Of a DNA stretch of 64,000 bases, positions 10,801-21,843 are shown piece after piece. The number at the start of each line of letters is the position of its first letter. Position 1 is the first letter of the stretch. A program made the translations under genes and the position numbers. The DNA lies in the NCBI RefSeq assembly GCF_902652985.1, contig NC_047017.1, forward strand, positions 5,518,001 through 5,582,000, written 5' to 3'. The notes below the pieces were generated by a model. The model did not search any database. It saw nothing but the letters and a program-made list of their open reading frames with translations, and was not told the DNA's origin. Source of the DNA: Pecten maximus (lineage: Eukaryota).

Positions 10801-13800
10801 GTTCTTTTCTCCTTATTTTCAGAAGAAAATCCGGGTAAATTCTCTGTTGTTTTATATTGCTTATTGTTAATGTTGGTTACCGTTATCAATTTATTCAAAT
10901 TCAAGTTTGAAAAAAAAATGATATAAAAGATTTTATTTACACAGTTTGAATTGGTTCATAGTTTTATTATTTCAATTGACATTTTTTTTCTTTGTAATTA
11001 AAAAAAAAATCAGATTCAAATGGTTTTTACAGTATTTGACCTAATAAGCAAACCTGCCAATATACCGGTAAGTGCACCTCCAACTTTTTTCAGGAAAAGA
11101 GGATAGGTGCGCTAATTCAAACATTAAATGTTTCTTACCCTACTGATATGATGCGATATAAACTTCAGTGTTTTAACAAAAGTCTCTTACTTAATTTTCA
11201 TGTATAAAGGTATGTAAAAAAATATTCCCAAACAAATATTTTACTCAAAATTTTTTCTCTGTACATAGTTTTGTTAACCATCCCCATTTTGTGTTTTTGC
11301 ACCTACGCTTATTAGGTGGAATACAGTATTCTCTGTAGTTGTTCTGATTCTAGATCATATGGTATTTAGACTACCCTGTAATCCTAATTAAATTTGGCTT
11401 AAACTATGATAGCAGAAATATATGAAGTGTTAGGAGTATAGTTAAATGCACTTCATTTTACATCATGAGACAGGAAGTTGTTTTTATACATATTAAAATT
11501 GTTTTTATACCTATTAAAATCCACCAATAAACTTGAAAAGTGTTACTGAGATGCCTATTTGATAATTTATATTATTAGTGATTTGAATTCAAGTGTTGCT
11601 AAATATTAACTGTTTTGAAGTTTTTGTATTACTATGCCAGTGCATAGATTTTCCTTGAACAGCCCAACATCACCTGAATGTTTTGTTCTTATGGTGGTCT
11701 CACAATATGCAAGGTGGGAGAACAAGCATACAAATGACATTAATTCCTTTCATTTATAGCCATATGGATGCAATGTCTCCTTGTAGAATTTAGACAGGGT
11801 AAATAGATTGTACTTGTAGCAGAAATAATCTATTTATGTAAAGAAATTGTTTCTCTTTTATAGACTACAAAGACCCAGAAGATGAGCGTCTTCTGGAAGA
11901 AGATCTGAATACACCTGCAGATTCTAAAAGGTAAAGGTGTACCCATACAACATGATCAACTGGTACTTACTCATTGACTTGGCAGTAACTTATAGAGTTA
12001 TATTACTGCATGTTAGTTTACCCACGCTTCACGGTTGCATGTATCTGTGGTATACTGAAATCACAATGGCCATAAGAATGAAAATGTGTGTTAATAAGTC
12101 TGCCCAGGTATGTTGCAGTCTAGCAAAAATGTGAAAAAAAATCTTCTGTTGTCATGCAATAAGTCCACTCCTTACTTTCAGTCAAATTATGTGTTGGTAC
12201 ACTGGGCATGTTACCAGTTATACATTATATATATATAAACATGTTTGACCTGAATCCTGATCCATAGCATTACAAAGATATGATGTACAACATATGGCAA
12301 GGAGTGTTGATATTCTGAAACAAAGCCATTGATATTCTGATTGTGTACAAGTATTGATTTAAGAGTGGTTGATTTCTGTTTAATTTCAGATCTCGACATC
12401 ACAATGCAAATGTATCATGGCTCCGAAAAACAGAATACATCTCCACCGAGTACAACAGATTCACACAGAAGTCCGACAACTCAGAACGCAAGTAAGTCAT
12501 CATCAAACTCTTTCATTGGACACTACAGGTTATAATCCTGCTGTAACTATTAGATCCTGTAGAATTACAGCAAGTCTCCATCAGATTCTCCCATTGGGCA
12601 CAAAGGCAATAATCCTGTAGAGTTACAGCATCTCTCCATCAGATTCTCCCATTAGACACTTCAGGTTAAAATCCTGCTGTAACTTAAAGATCCTGTAAAG
12701 TTACAGCAAGTCTCCATCAAATTCGCCTATTGGACACTATAGGTTAATATCCTGCTGTAACTTAAAGATCCTGTAGAATTACAGTGGCGCCGGCATTATA
12801 TCAAAGTTTCACCTCATATACAGCATAAGTGTGATCTACAGTATAAACAAACAATCATTCAAATATTCACTTCTATGAGAAATTATTTGCTGGAGTTGGG
12901 AGAGACAGTTTAGTGACAAATTGACATGAAATATAATGATAAATTGATAATTTCTTTAAATTGTGATTTTAAATGATGAAAGATTTGTTTAATTACAGAG
13001 TGGGCTTCAAGATCAAGCAGATAATGAAGGATGAGGACATGTATAAAGATCGGGACAGTCAGATTGCTGCCATTGAAAAAACATTCGCCAAGGCAAAGGA
13101 ACCGGTAAGGAAGATTTACTGCATGTTTCCTAAATAACAGCAGGGTTATTCACCAATATTTTAGATGTAACATAGTATTTGGTTAGTCAATAAATACAAT
13201 GTGGTTATATGCTGAAAGTGAATTTAATGAAAACAAATCAGTGGTGATATGTAATTATTGGAAAGAAAAGTACTGATGTCTATTCATGCACAGAAAAAGA
13301 AAACAGTCTGACAGGTTTTAATATTTGTTACCAATTTTGAATTTGTTTGTATTTGTTTCAGATCACAAAACACTACAGCAAGCCGGGAGTGGTCCCTGTG
13401 GACATCCTACCAATGTTCCCAGACTTTCCAGTAGGTTTTCATTCCTTCGTTTTAGTATAATGGAGTTTTTGAAAAAAAAAAAGAAAAAAAAGACAAAGGA
13501 ATCTTGTTATCTTCAACTACCATACACTTTTCATAAACGAGAATTCGATAGAGTGGAGAGGATGTTGAATCCCTTAGCTGTGAAACTCATTTAGCAGTGA
13601 GAATGTATTTAAAAAAAAATGTTGATCTACATGTTAATATCTGAACGTTATCCCTGTTTTACAGTTGTGGAAGCACCCCTTTGCTCAAGTTATCTTCGAC
13701 TCAGATCCAGCACCAAGATCTGGTTCAGTGCCTGCTCAGATGGAGGAAATGTCTCAAGCCATGATCAGGTGTGTTGAGGAGTTATCTCCCCTTATTAAAA

Positions 13801-16800
13801 CTTCTATAATCAGTATTCATAGAAAAGTAACCGGAAGTTGTATCCTTTATTTTTTCGTAAAATATCCTTAAATTAAACACAAATGTCATTAACAAAGTGA
13901 TAAGGGCTATTCCATTAAAATATCTACCTGACCCCAGGACTCCACAATAAATCACTTCTATACATGGTTGGATTGCCTTCCTATTACTTCTGTGTAATTC
14001 ATCAAATGAATTCTATAGGTGGTATCCCTTAACCAAACCTGGAGTCCTGGGGTGGGGTAGATGTTTTACTGGAAAAGTCCTAATTGGCCAATTAAACAGA
14101 TTGATAGCCTAAGATTTGAATGACAAATACATTCTCTCACAAACAGGTTGATTGATTAACAAAAAGATTATGATATAATAATAATGTCATAATATAGAAC
14201 TGACTGGAAAGTTATGGTATGTGTATTGAGTCATTTGTTTTATTGATCTGATATTGTTTGTTTACAGAGGAGCTATAGATGAGAGTGGTGAACAATTTGT
14301 GGCCTATTTCCTGCCGACAGAAGAAACTCTTGGCAAACGCAAGCGAGATTCAGAGGAGGGCATCGACTACAATCCGGAGGAAGAGTAAGTAACATTTTTA
14401 TTTCATTTTATTGGTTGAAGCAAACAAACATTGGTGTTTTTGAGGACATGATCTCGGATCATTGGGTGATATTTGGACCTGTAGCATATAAAGCATTGGC
14501 TGTTTATGTGTGGATTTGACAACATAACCAAGAATAATATCAATTATTTTCTAAATCCCTGATAAAGAGACTTGCAGCTTGTATTATTTAATATCTATTT
14601 TGTGTAAATTGTACAGTAATCTGAACTCAACTGATGTTTGTAGGAATGACTTTCTGCCGGCTCGACAGTAAACTTGTGTAATTATCTATCCTGTAAACTG
14701 TACAGTAATCTGAATTCAACTGATGTTTGTAGGAATGACTTTCTGCTGGCTCGACAGTAAACTTGTGTAATTATCTATTTTGTTTAATTGTACAGTAATC
14801 TGAATTCAACTGATGTTAATAGATTTGACTATCTGCTGGCCAGACAGTACAACATGTATAATTATCTTTTTGTGTACACTGTACGATAATCGTAACACTT
14901 CTGATGTTTGTAGATATGACTTACTGCTGACCCGACAGTACAACTTGTATAATTATCTTTTTGTGTAAGCTGTATGGTAATCTGAACTCAACTGGTTTTT
15001 TTTAGGTATGACTATCTGCTGGCCAGACAGTACAACTGGAATGTGAAGAACAAACTGTCGCGTGGTTATGAGGAAACTTACTTCTTCGTCTTCAGGGAGG
15101 ATGGTGTTTACTATGATGAACTGGAAACAAGGTAAGATAAAAAGAAATACGATGATGTATGTATCACTTTTAGGTGACCATTCCTTCCCCTCAGCCATTT
15201 CCCACTGGTTTTAGTCCTGATCTAACTTACCAACTTCTTGGAATTTCTATGCGGGAGATGTCAAGCAACAGAAAAGACGTTTTTAGACCTCTTTCTGACT
15301 GACAAACTGATACCTTTCAAACAACAAAATTTTTAACTGTTTTATTTCTGCTGGGCTAATTGAATTGTTAAAATTATGAATAACAAAAAGCTTCTCTGAT
15401 AATATATGTCTAAGTAACAAGTATGATTGGCAAGAATACCAAGTTAATATCACTATTAGTATTTACTAATTGATCTTTGAAAATTTGGAACTCTTTCGTA
15501 AAGTCTAGATAAACAATTGCCATTCAATATCATATTTTCTTAAGTCACTGTGAATGTCATAACAAAGCAGAATTCATCTTTTTATAAATAAGGTAACATA
15601 TATCCTTAGCAATATGTCTTCACAATATGTCATCACAAATAAGGTAGCATACACCCTTAAGTCTCAATTTAATTTCATTGTAAGGTAACATACATCCTTA
15701 AGTCTCAATTTCATTGTAAGGTAACATACATCCTTAAGTCTCAATTTCATTGTAAGGTAACATACATCCTTAAGTCTCAATTTCATTTTAAGGTAGAATA
15801 TTACCCGAACAAAATCTCTATATCAATAGCATCAATGTTAAAAAACCTTTGATCGTTTGTTGACAGAGTGAGACTGAGTAAGAGGAGAAAGACAGCCGGT
15901 ACTCAGGTGGCCAAGTCCAGACTTGTTGTGAAACATAGGGAACTAACAGAGAAAGAAATTGGAGCTCAGGTACAAAGTTTTGTGAATAACACATCTCTCT
16001 TGATCATTTATTTGAAGCTCTTGGAAGAAACTGACTATTACAGTAACCCGAATGAGAAATAATTTCATATTTTTATAAAAATCACAAAATACAAAGTGAT
16101 TTTCTGATTTTGAAAATAATCTTGTGCTGTCAAAACTTATCAGTATGTAGTTTGATTTTTAAGAAGGATTCATAGTTAGACAGACAAGCTAATATGCTTG
16201 TAATTGATACTTCATACACCATCTTTTCTATCTATTCATCTTTCAGTGTCAAATGTAGATGTAAAAAAAATCAACTACCATATAGTATCAAAGGTTGTTT
16301 GTATTGTAGGATGTACGGATGATGATGCTGGAGCAGGCTCAGGACGAAGAGGAAGAGGAACAGCCAGAGGAGGCACAGAACTCAGGTTAGTGTGACACTG
16401 TCACCCCTAACTTACTTGTAATGGGTCGTACCTCGTTTGATCTGGGTTGTTTGATTGAAATATATAGGGATGAAAAGATTAAAGTCAACAGTACTCTTCC
16501 TTAAAATGAAAAGAAGGAAAAAGAATTGTAGGAATGAAAAGAAGGAAAAAGTAGTGTTCTTTAAATGACAGCATAATCCTTTATTATTAGGCATTAAGAA
16601 GTAGGGAGAATTAAATTTACTAAAAAACGGAATGAAGGAGAACAAATTTCACCAAATATCATTCAGAAATTTTTTATTGATTACATTAATATAACGTGTA
16701 CTTTTATTTGTACCTTTTTGTACATACCTATATCAGTAATCTGCACCACCTTATAAGGAATAGACAAAAAATGCATACTATACTCTAACCTTAACCATTA

Positions 16801-17139
16801 CATCAGAATGTTTGATGACATTTTTGGTGATTTTTTCAAGGATTGGAGGATTTCCGAAGTGGCAGCGAGGCAGGAGACGCCAGCGGAGCCGAGGATGACA
16901 AAGCTAGTAATAGATCCCGAGGAAGCAGCCGTAGTCGAAGTAGGTCAAGCAGTGGCAGTCGCAGTCGTAGTTCAAGCAGAAGTAGGAGTAGGAGTCGAAG
17001 TCGTAGCCGTAGCGGGTCACGCTCCAGGAGTGGCAGCGAACACAGTGGCAGTGAAAGTGAGAGTGAGGCTGAGAATATACAAGGCAAGAAGGACGAGGAA
17101 GAAATCTTCGGCTCATCCAGCAGTTCAGAGGAAGATTAA
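7870..17139 (+). CDS. PAF1: RNA polymerase II-associated factor 1, 482 aa. Exons 7870-7934, 8495-8587, 9010-9131, 11864-11930, 12390-12491, 12999-13104, 13362-13430, 13665-13768, 14268-14384, 15006-15131, 15867-15969, 16310-16385, 16841-17139
   Basis: Thirteen exons join in phase (1449 nt). Hallmark PAF1 segments are present: [79 protein letters not shown], and an RS/acidic tail ending [14 protein letters not shown]. Confidence 0.97.
8593..8751 (-). mobile_element. Solo LTR (159 bp) of a TRIM-like element containing a tRNA-derived A/B box
   Basis: Ends are TGTAAC...GTTACA, with a 4-bp TSD TAAG at 8589-8592 and 8752-8755. The minus strand reads TAGCTCGATCGGTTGAGC...GGTTTGATTCC. It resembles the LTRs at 57153-57598. 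Confidence 0.8.
9387..9548. mobile_element. MITE with CAGGG termini and a 5-bp TSD
   Basis: TIRs CAGGGATCACTTTGG / CCAGAGTTATCCCTG, flanked by CGTTT on both sides. Confidence 0.7.
9817..10008. mobile_element. MITE of the CAGGGCTTTTTCT family, an inverted copy of 61176-61359
   Basis: Similar along its length to the reverse complement of 61176-61359. Ends CAGAGCTTTTTCT / GAGCCCTG, flanks AATAG / AATAA. Confidence 0.75.
10823..10834 (+). CDS. PAF1: Candidate 12-nt alternative microexon of PAF1 (adds EENP)
   Basis: TTCTTTTCTCCTTATTTTCAG|AAGAAAATCCGG|GTAAAT. It is phase 1-1, frame-preserving and has no stop. Confidence 0.45.
11027..11328. mobile_element. MITE-like element with TACAGTA termini
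   Basis: Imperfect TIRs TACAGTATTTGACCTAATAAGC ... GCTTATTAGGTGGAATACAGTA. Confidence 0.55.
12488..12785 (+). repeat. ~75-bp degenerate tandem repeat starting at the PAF1 exon-5 donor
   Basis: About four units of GCAAGT..CATCA(A/G)A(C/T)TC..CATTGGACACTACAGGTTATAATCCTGCTGTAAC..AGATCCTGTAGAATTACA. The first begins at the exon end GCAA|GT. Confidence 0.75.
13902..14083. mobile_element. MITE-like element with ~40-bp imperfect TIRs
   Basis: GGGCTATTCCATTAAAATATCTACCTGACCCCAGGACTCCA pairs with TGGAGTCCTGGGGTGGGGTAGATGTTTTACTGGAAAAGTCC. Confidence 0.65.
14590..15038 (+). repeat. ~90-bp tandem repeat of the PAF1 intron 9/exon 10 acceptor junction (4 extra copies plus the functional one)
   Basis: TAG acceptors end at 14643, 14732, 14822, 14913 and 15005 (real). 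Each is followed by a copy of the first ~30 nt of exon 10 ([10 protein letters not shown] codons). Confidence 0.9.
15588..15797 (+). repeat. 36-bp tandem repeat carrying the donor-like AAG|GTAACAT in PAF1 intron 10
   Basis: Unit AAGGTAACATACATCCTTAAGTCTCAATTTCATTGT at 15682, 15718 and 15754, plus degenerate copies. Confidence 0.85.
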
Positions 17140-17214
17140 TTACTTGTGCTTACAGTGGAAAATACAGAGACTGATCATGGTTAGGGTTTTCCGCGTAGTT
17201 ATCAGTTTTGATAA

Positions 17215-17722
17215 AGGGTGGGTTAGGGGTTAGTGGAGGGGGCTATGGCATGAGGGGGAGGGGTTGTGGTATGAAGGGGGAGAGGGTATGGTGTGAGGGA
17301 GAAGAGGGAGGTGGGTTATTGTATGAGGGGGAGGGGTTATGGCATGGAGGTGGGTTATGGTATGAGGAGGGAGGGGTCAAGCATGAGGGGGGAGGGGGTA
17401 TAGTGTGCGAGAGAAGGGAGGTGGGTTACGGTATGAGGGGGGAGGGGGTTATGGTTTGCGGGGGGAGGGGGTTATGGCATGAGGGGGGAGGGGGTATAGC
17501 GTGAGGGAGAAGGGAGGTGGGCCACGGTATGAGAGGGGAGGGGGTTATGGTTTGAGGGGGGAGGGGGTTATGGCATGAGGGGGTAGGGGGTATAGTGTGA
17601 GGGAGAAGAAGGGAGGTGGGTTATGGTATTGGGGGAGGGGGGTTGGAGGTATGGTATGAGAATAAAGTGTTGTGTGTAGATGGAGTGCAGTCAGGGGGAG
17701 GGATGTTAGGGTAGGGGTGGGT
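17215..17722 (+). repeat. G-rich degenerate minisatellite (GAGGGGGAGGGGGTTATGGCAT-like) downstream of the PAF1 stop; G-quadruplex potential
   Basis: Dense G3-G7 runs on the sense strand, starting about 75 nt after TAA 17139. Confidence 0.9.
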
Positions 17723-18585
17723 AGTATGATACCAGATATACACCTAAGGAGTTTGTGGTCAAGTGTGTGGAGCAGGTGCATATATGTACAAAAATCTACC
17801 ATGTGTCTAGTACATGTGTTATATCTCCATTACCCCAGCAACTGTGTACCAGGTGTGAGACCTATTGGTATGTGTCTACACATATAACAGATGTAACAAC
17901 ATGTAATGCTGTATAATTGTTAAATTCCACGGGGCTAATATTTGGTGGTGGCCCTAGTCAGGATTAGTTTGCAGGTATTAAATTTCATGCAATCATTCGG
18001 GAGTATACACTTTTTTACATTTGTGTATATATATAAATTGTGTATTCAGAAAAAAATAACAAAGTTCAACTACCAACATAAAATTAACTTTTGCCCTTTC
18101 CCATGATCTTGTATATTTACCTACTCCATGTGGACACAAGTTCTTTTCGTAATACATGTATATATATATATTCGCTGGGTTTGCACTTTATCTAATGTTC
18201 TCAAACAGGGGAGTGAAAAAAAAGAGTGAACTGTATAACAGATCAGGTTTGTGTTCAAATCATCATGTCCCTACGAGAACTGTGAAAATTCACTTCTCTT
18301 GTGCTTCATCAGTCAACAAATTTGACATTTTTGTACTCCTGTCAAACTGTTTGTAAGATTTGGTTTGAAAGAAGAATGTGAGTGAAATGTTTGTGAGTGT
18401 GAAATGGTACGGTAGTGAGAACGCCCTGTGTAGGGAATCTCATACTGTATAATTGTACTAATCACTGATAAAAACTACTTATTAATGTTGTATATATATC
18501 ATCAGGAACTCATCAGATTAAAATGTTTCTCAGCTAGATGAATCTTTTTTCTTTTTACAGTTTAATTAAGCTTTTCAAGGTTGAG

Positions 18586-19225
18586 TAGGTCATGATTTTT
18601 TAAAAGAATTACATGTACTTGTACAAAATGATATTTGTTCAAGTTTAAACTATATAAAGAACAAATAAAGTATCCAATCTAGTTTTAACTGTAAGATAGT
18701 GAGAGGTTTTACCGATACAGAAGACAGAAAGGCTTTTGATCAATATTTACCTGTACGATGACAATGCCTTTGATCAAAGTTTACCTGTATGGAGGACAGA
18801 AATGCTTTTGATCAATGTTTACTTGTATGGAGGACAGAAATGCTTTTGATCAATGTTTACCCGTATGGAGGACAGAAATGCTTTTGATCAATGTTTACCT
18901 GTATGGAGGACAGAAATGCTTTGATCAAGATTTACCTGTTTGGAGGACAGAAATGCCTTTGATCAAGATTTACCTATATGGAGGACAAAAATGCCTTTGA
19001 TCAAGATTTCCCTGTTTGGGAGCAAGTCATGATTTTTTTTTGAAATTACTTGTATAGAGGACAAAATGATATTTGTTCAAGTTTAAACTATATAAAGAAC
19101 AAATAAAGTATCCAATCTAGTTTTAACTGTAAGATAGGGAGATGTTTAACTGATACAGAAGCAGAAAGGTTTTTGATCAATATTTACCTGTACGTTGACA
19201 ATGCCTTTGATCAAAGTTCACCTGA
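18586..19225 (+). repeat. ~200-bp direct duplication (18586-18790 and 19024-19225) containing AATAAA; candidate duplicated PAF1 polyadenylation region
   Basis: CAAAATGATATTTGTTCAAGTTTAAACTATATAAAGAACAAATAAAGTATCCAATCTAGTTTTAACTGTAAGATAG occurs twice. AATAAA is at 18664 and 19101. Confidence 0.8.
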
Positions 19226-19770
19226 ACAGAGAAAATAAATTACTTTGATCAAATGTACCTGTATTGAGAGCAGAAATGCCTTTGATCAAGATTACCACTA
19301 CGGATGACAGAAATGCCTTTGATCAATATTTACCTATACGACAGAAATGCCTTTGATCAAGGTTTACCTGTAAAAAGGATAGAAATGCCTTTGATTAAGG
19401 TTTACCTGTACAAAGGACAGAAATGCCTTTGATCAAGGTTTACTTGTACGGAAGAAGAAATGCCTTTGATCAAGATTTACCCGTACGGAGGACAAATGCC
19501 TTTAATCAAGATTTACCTGTACGGAGGACAGAAATGCCTTTGATCAAGATTTACCCGTACGGAGGACAGAAATGCATTTGTTCAATGTTTACCTGTACGG
19601 AGGACAGAAATGCATTTGATCAAGATTTACCTGTGCGGAGGACAGAAAAAACGTTTGATCATTATTTATTTGCAAGGAGAAGAAAAAGCGTGTGATCAAT
19701 GTGTTCCTTTACCTGGATAAGGTTTGATTTCAGAGATGACAGTAGACAGCAAAGCGTTTGATCAAAATGT
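18720..19770. repeat. 38-bp minisatellite (TTACCTGTATGGAGGACAGAAATGCTTTTGATCAATGT) in two blocks
   Basis: Period of 38 bp measured between 18781 and 18819. It accounts for the ORFs at 18815 and 19423. Confidence 0.92.
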
Positions 19771-20242
19771 ACGTGCTGATTTGTGTAGTTGTGGAGAGGA
19801 GACGGCTCTGTTGGTTGCTTTCATACGGGACGGATTTCTGAAATGCTCATCAGAGCACATAGCAAAGACCTCGCCATGTCTTTCGATACAACGAGTATCT
19901 GTTATATTTATTTAACTTTAATGATCATGACAATATAAAGGACACAAGGGACTCCTCAACATCAGCCACTTACATCGATCTTTACTTACAACGTAACCAG
20001 TATGGATAGCTTACCACTTACCTGAATTGACACGGTTTCAGTTTCCCTAATGTGATTTTGTGACTGCTCTATAAGAACACAGTTGCTACAACAATTATTG
20101 TTCCCAATAACATAATTCCCCTCATAGATGCAGACTTGCCAGCCTTTCCGATTGTGTAGTAATCCTTACGATTTCATTTTATCGGAAATACAGGTTCACG
20201 AAGGACAGTACAAAAGACAGTTAGTATCGCCTCTAAATACTT

Positions 20243-20406
20243 TGGTTTGTTTTTGTTTAACGTCCTATTAACAGCCAGGGTCACCTAAGGACGTGCCAGG
20301 TTTTGAGGTGGAGGAAAGCGGAGTACCCGGAGAAAAACCACCGGCCTGGTGGAGGGCTAGTGATAAAGTGTCGGGACATCCCAACCACTCGGCCACCGCC
20401 CCCCCT
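20243..20406 (-). mobile_element. tRNA-derived SINE with V-domain-like core, internally deleted
   Basis: The minus strand has a GGGGGCGGTGGCCGAGTGG head (A box), GGTTTTTCTCCGGGTACTCCGCTTTCCTCC (V-SINE-type core) and an (AAAC)n-like tail. No B box is visible. A short tail-like fragment lies near 38070. Confidence 0.75.
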
Positions 20407-21738
20407 CTAAATATAATATGGTACAGTTGTATGGTCATCATTATGGTCTTTGGATATTCATATGTTGATGTGAAATATGCCTTGTGATTCCGTTGTAACA
20501 TACTCCGATTATAACTTTGATACCATGACATTACCAGGATGTGACCTAAATTTACTTTCTGTATTTGACCTAGATTTACTATATGGATTTGACCTGTAAT
20601 TACTACAATGTATCTGGATTTGATCTAGATTTTACCATTTACTATTTGTATTTGATATAAATTTGCATGATTTTACTGTCCTGTTCAAGGGTTTCTGTGT
20701 GAAACAGTCCAACTTTGTTAATATTCAGATCCTCTTATCGATTTTCAGTAAGAATTGTAGGGTTTTACTCGTCTGAACTCCGTTAATGCTTTTAAAGGGA
20801 TAATTTGTTTGTAGTCCAGTGGAGTTATTGCTATGCCTCTGGCGACGATGTCTTCCGTAGACAGTTAGGTATAAGGTTTATTTTAAACAGGGTTATGTCA
20901 TACTAATGGTGATACAACCTTAGGTATACGTTCTGTATTTGACAAGTGTGTTCCTTGTGACAAGACAGATTATTTGCTATACAAGTTCAACCCACTCGGC
21001 GCGCAATGTTGTCTTCTCCTTTACAGTTAAGTCCAGGAAATGCTATTGTTGAGATATAGAAAGGAGTATTATTTGACAAAAACAAAAAAAACAAAAAAAC
21101 AAAAAAACTAGGACTAGATATATTGCAACTTATCGTTTGAAATACTGGAAGAGAACGAAAGGTGGCCTATATATAGAAACGTGGTTAGTTAGCTTTAGCG
21201 GGCGTAAAACCTGTTAAATAAACTCGAGGAAATATAAACCTTAACTGGAACGGTTTCCGTGTTGGTTTTATTCTGCTTCCAAAAATCTTATACATACCAT
21301 TTAATTTCATATGATGAATGAATTCATTGCAGTAGTACATTTTCAGCATGAAAATCATCCTAACCAATCGTCACCGATGCAATAAAATACAAAATGAATA
21401 TCGATGATGAAAAATAAATTATGATCTGGGAAAAACAAAACAGCTATTGTACGCGGGGGAACAACATCCAACATTCGATAACCTCGGTTTGACACCTGGC
21501 TATATGTCATAAGCGCTGAAATAAATCGTTTGACATTATATATACTCGGTTATAATATTGATCCGAGCGTCCAGACAGCACAAGAGGTACCGCGCAGACA
21601 CGGTCCCAGTGAGAGTCGGGCAGTGGCACATGTGGGATAGCTAATCAGGCCTCTATGTATACAACGGTAATGGGTTGGTAATTAAAGAAACTACCTCGGC
21701 ATTTAAATCCCTATTGATCAACACTCTATACCAGACGA

Positions 21739-21770
21739 GTCACGTGACCAGATCGTCACTAAGGACGCAT
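21739..21770 (+). promoter_or_regulatory. Palindromic E-box GTCACGTGAC plus an imperfect RFX X-box-like palindrome upstream of the STPG4-like ATG
   Basis: GTCACGTGAC at 21739-21748 and CGTCACTAAGGACG at about 21755-21768, 75-100 bp before ATG 21844. Confidence 0.35.
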
Positions 21771-21843
21771 ATAGGACTAACCATTACGTGGAGTCGACAT
21801 GAGGACGTAAAGTTATTAATACTCGATAATATTGGGAATTACA

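Noticed and set aside
16808-17233. Overlapping alternative-frame and antisense ORFs on the last PAF1 exon
   Set aside because: They are by-products of RS-repeat codons. Only the frame ending at 17139 is in phase with upstream exons.
17208-17802. Gly-rich and Pro-rich ORFs, and telomere-like TTAGGG
   Set aside because: These come from a low-complexity G-rich repeat. There are only two isolated TTAGGG units, not a telomeric array.
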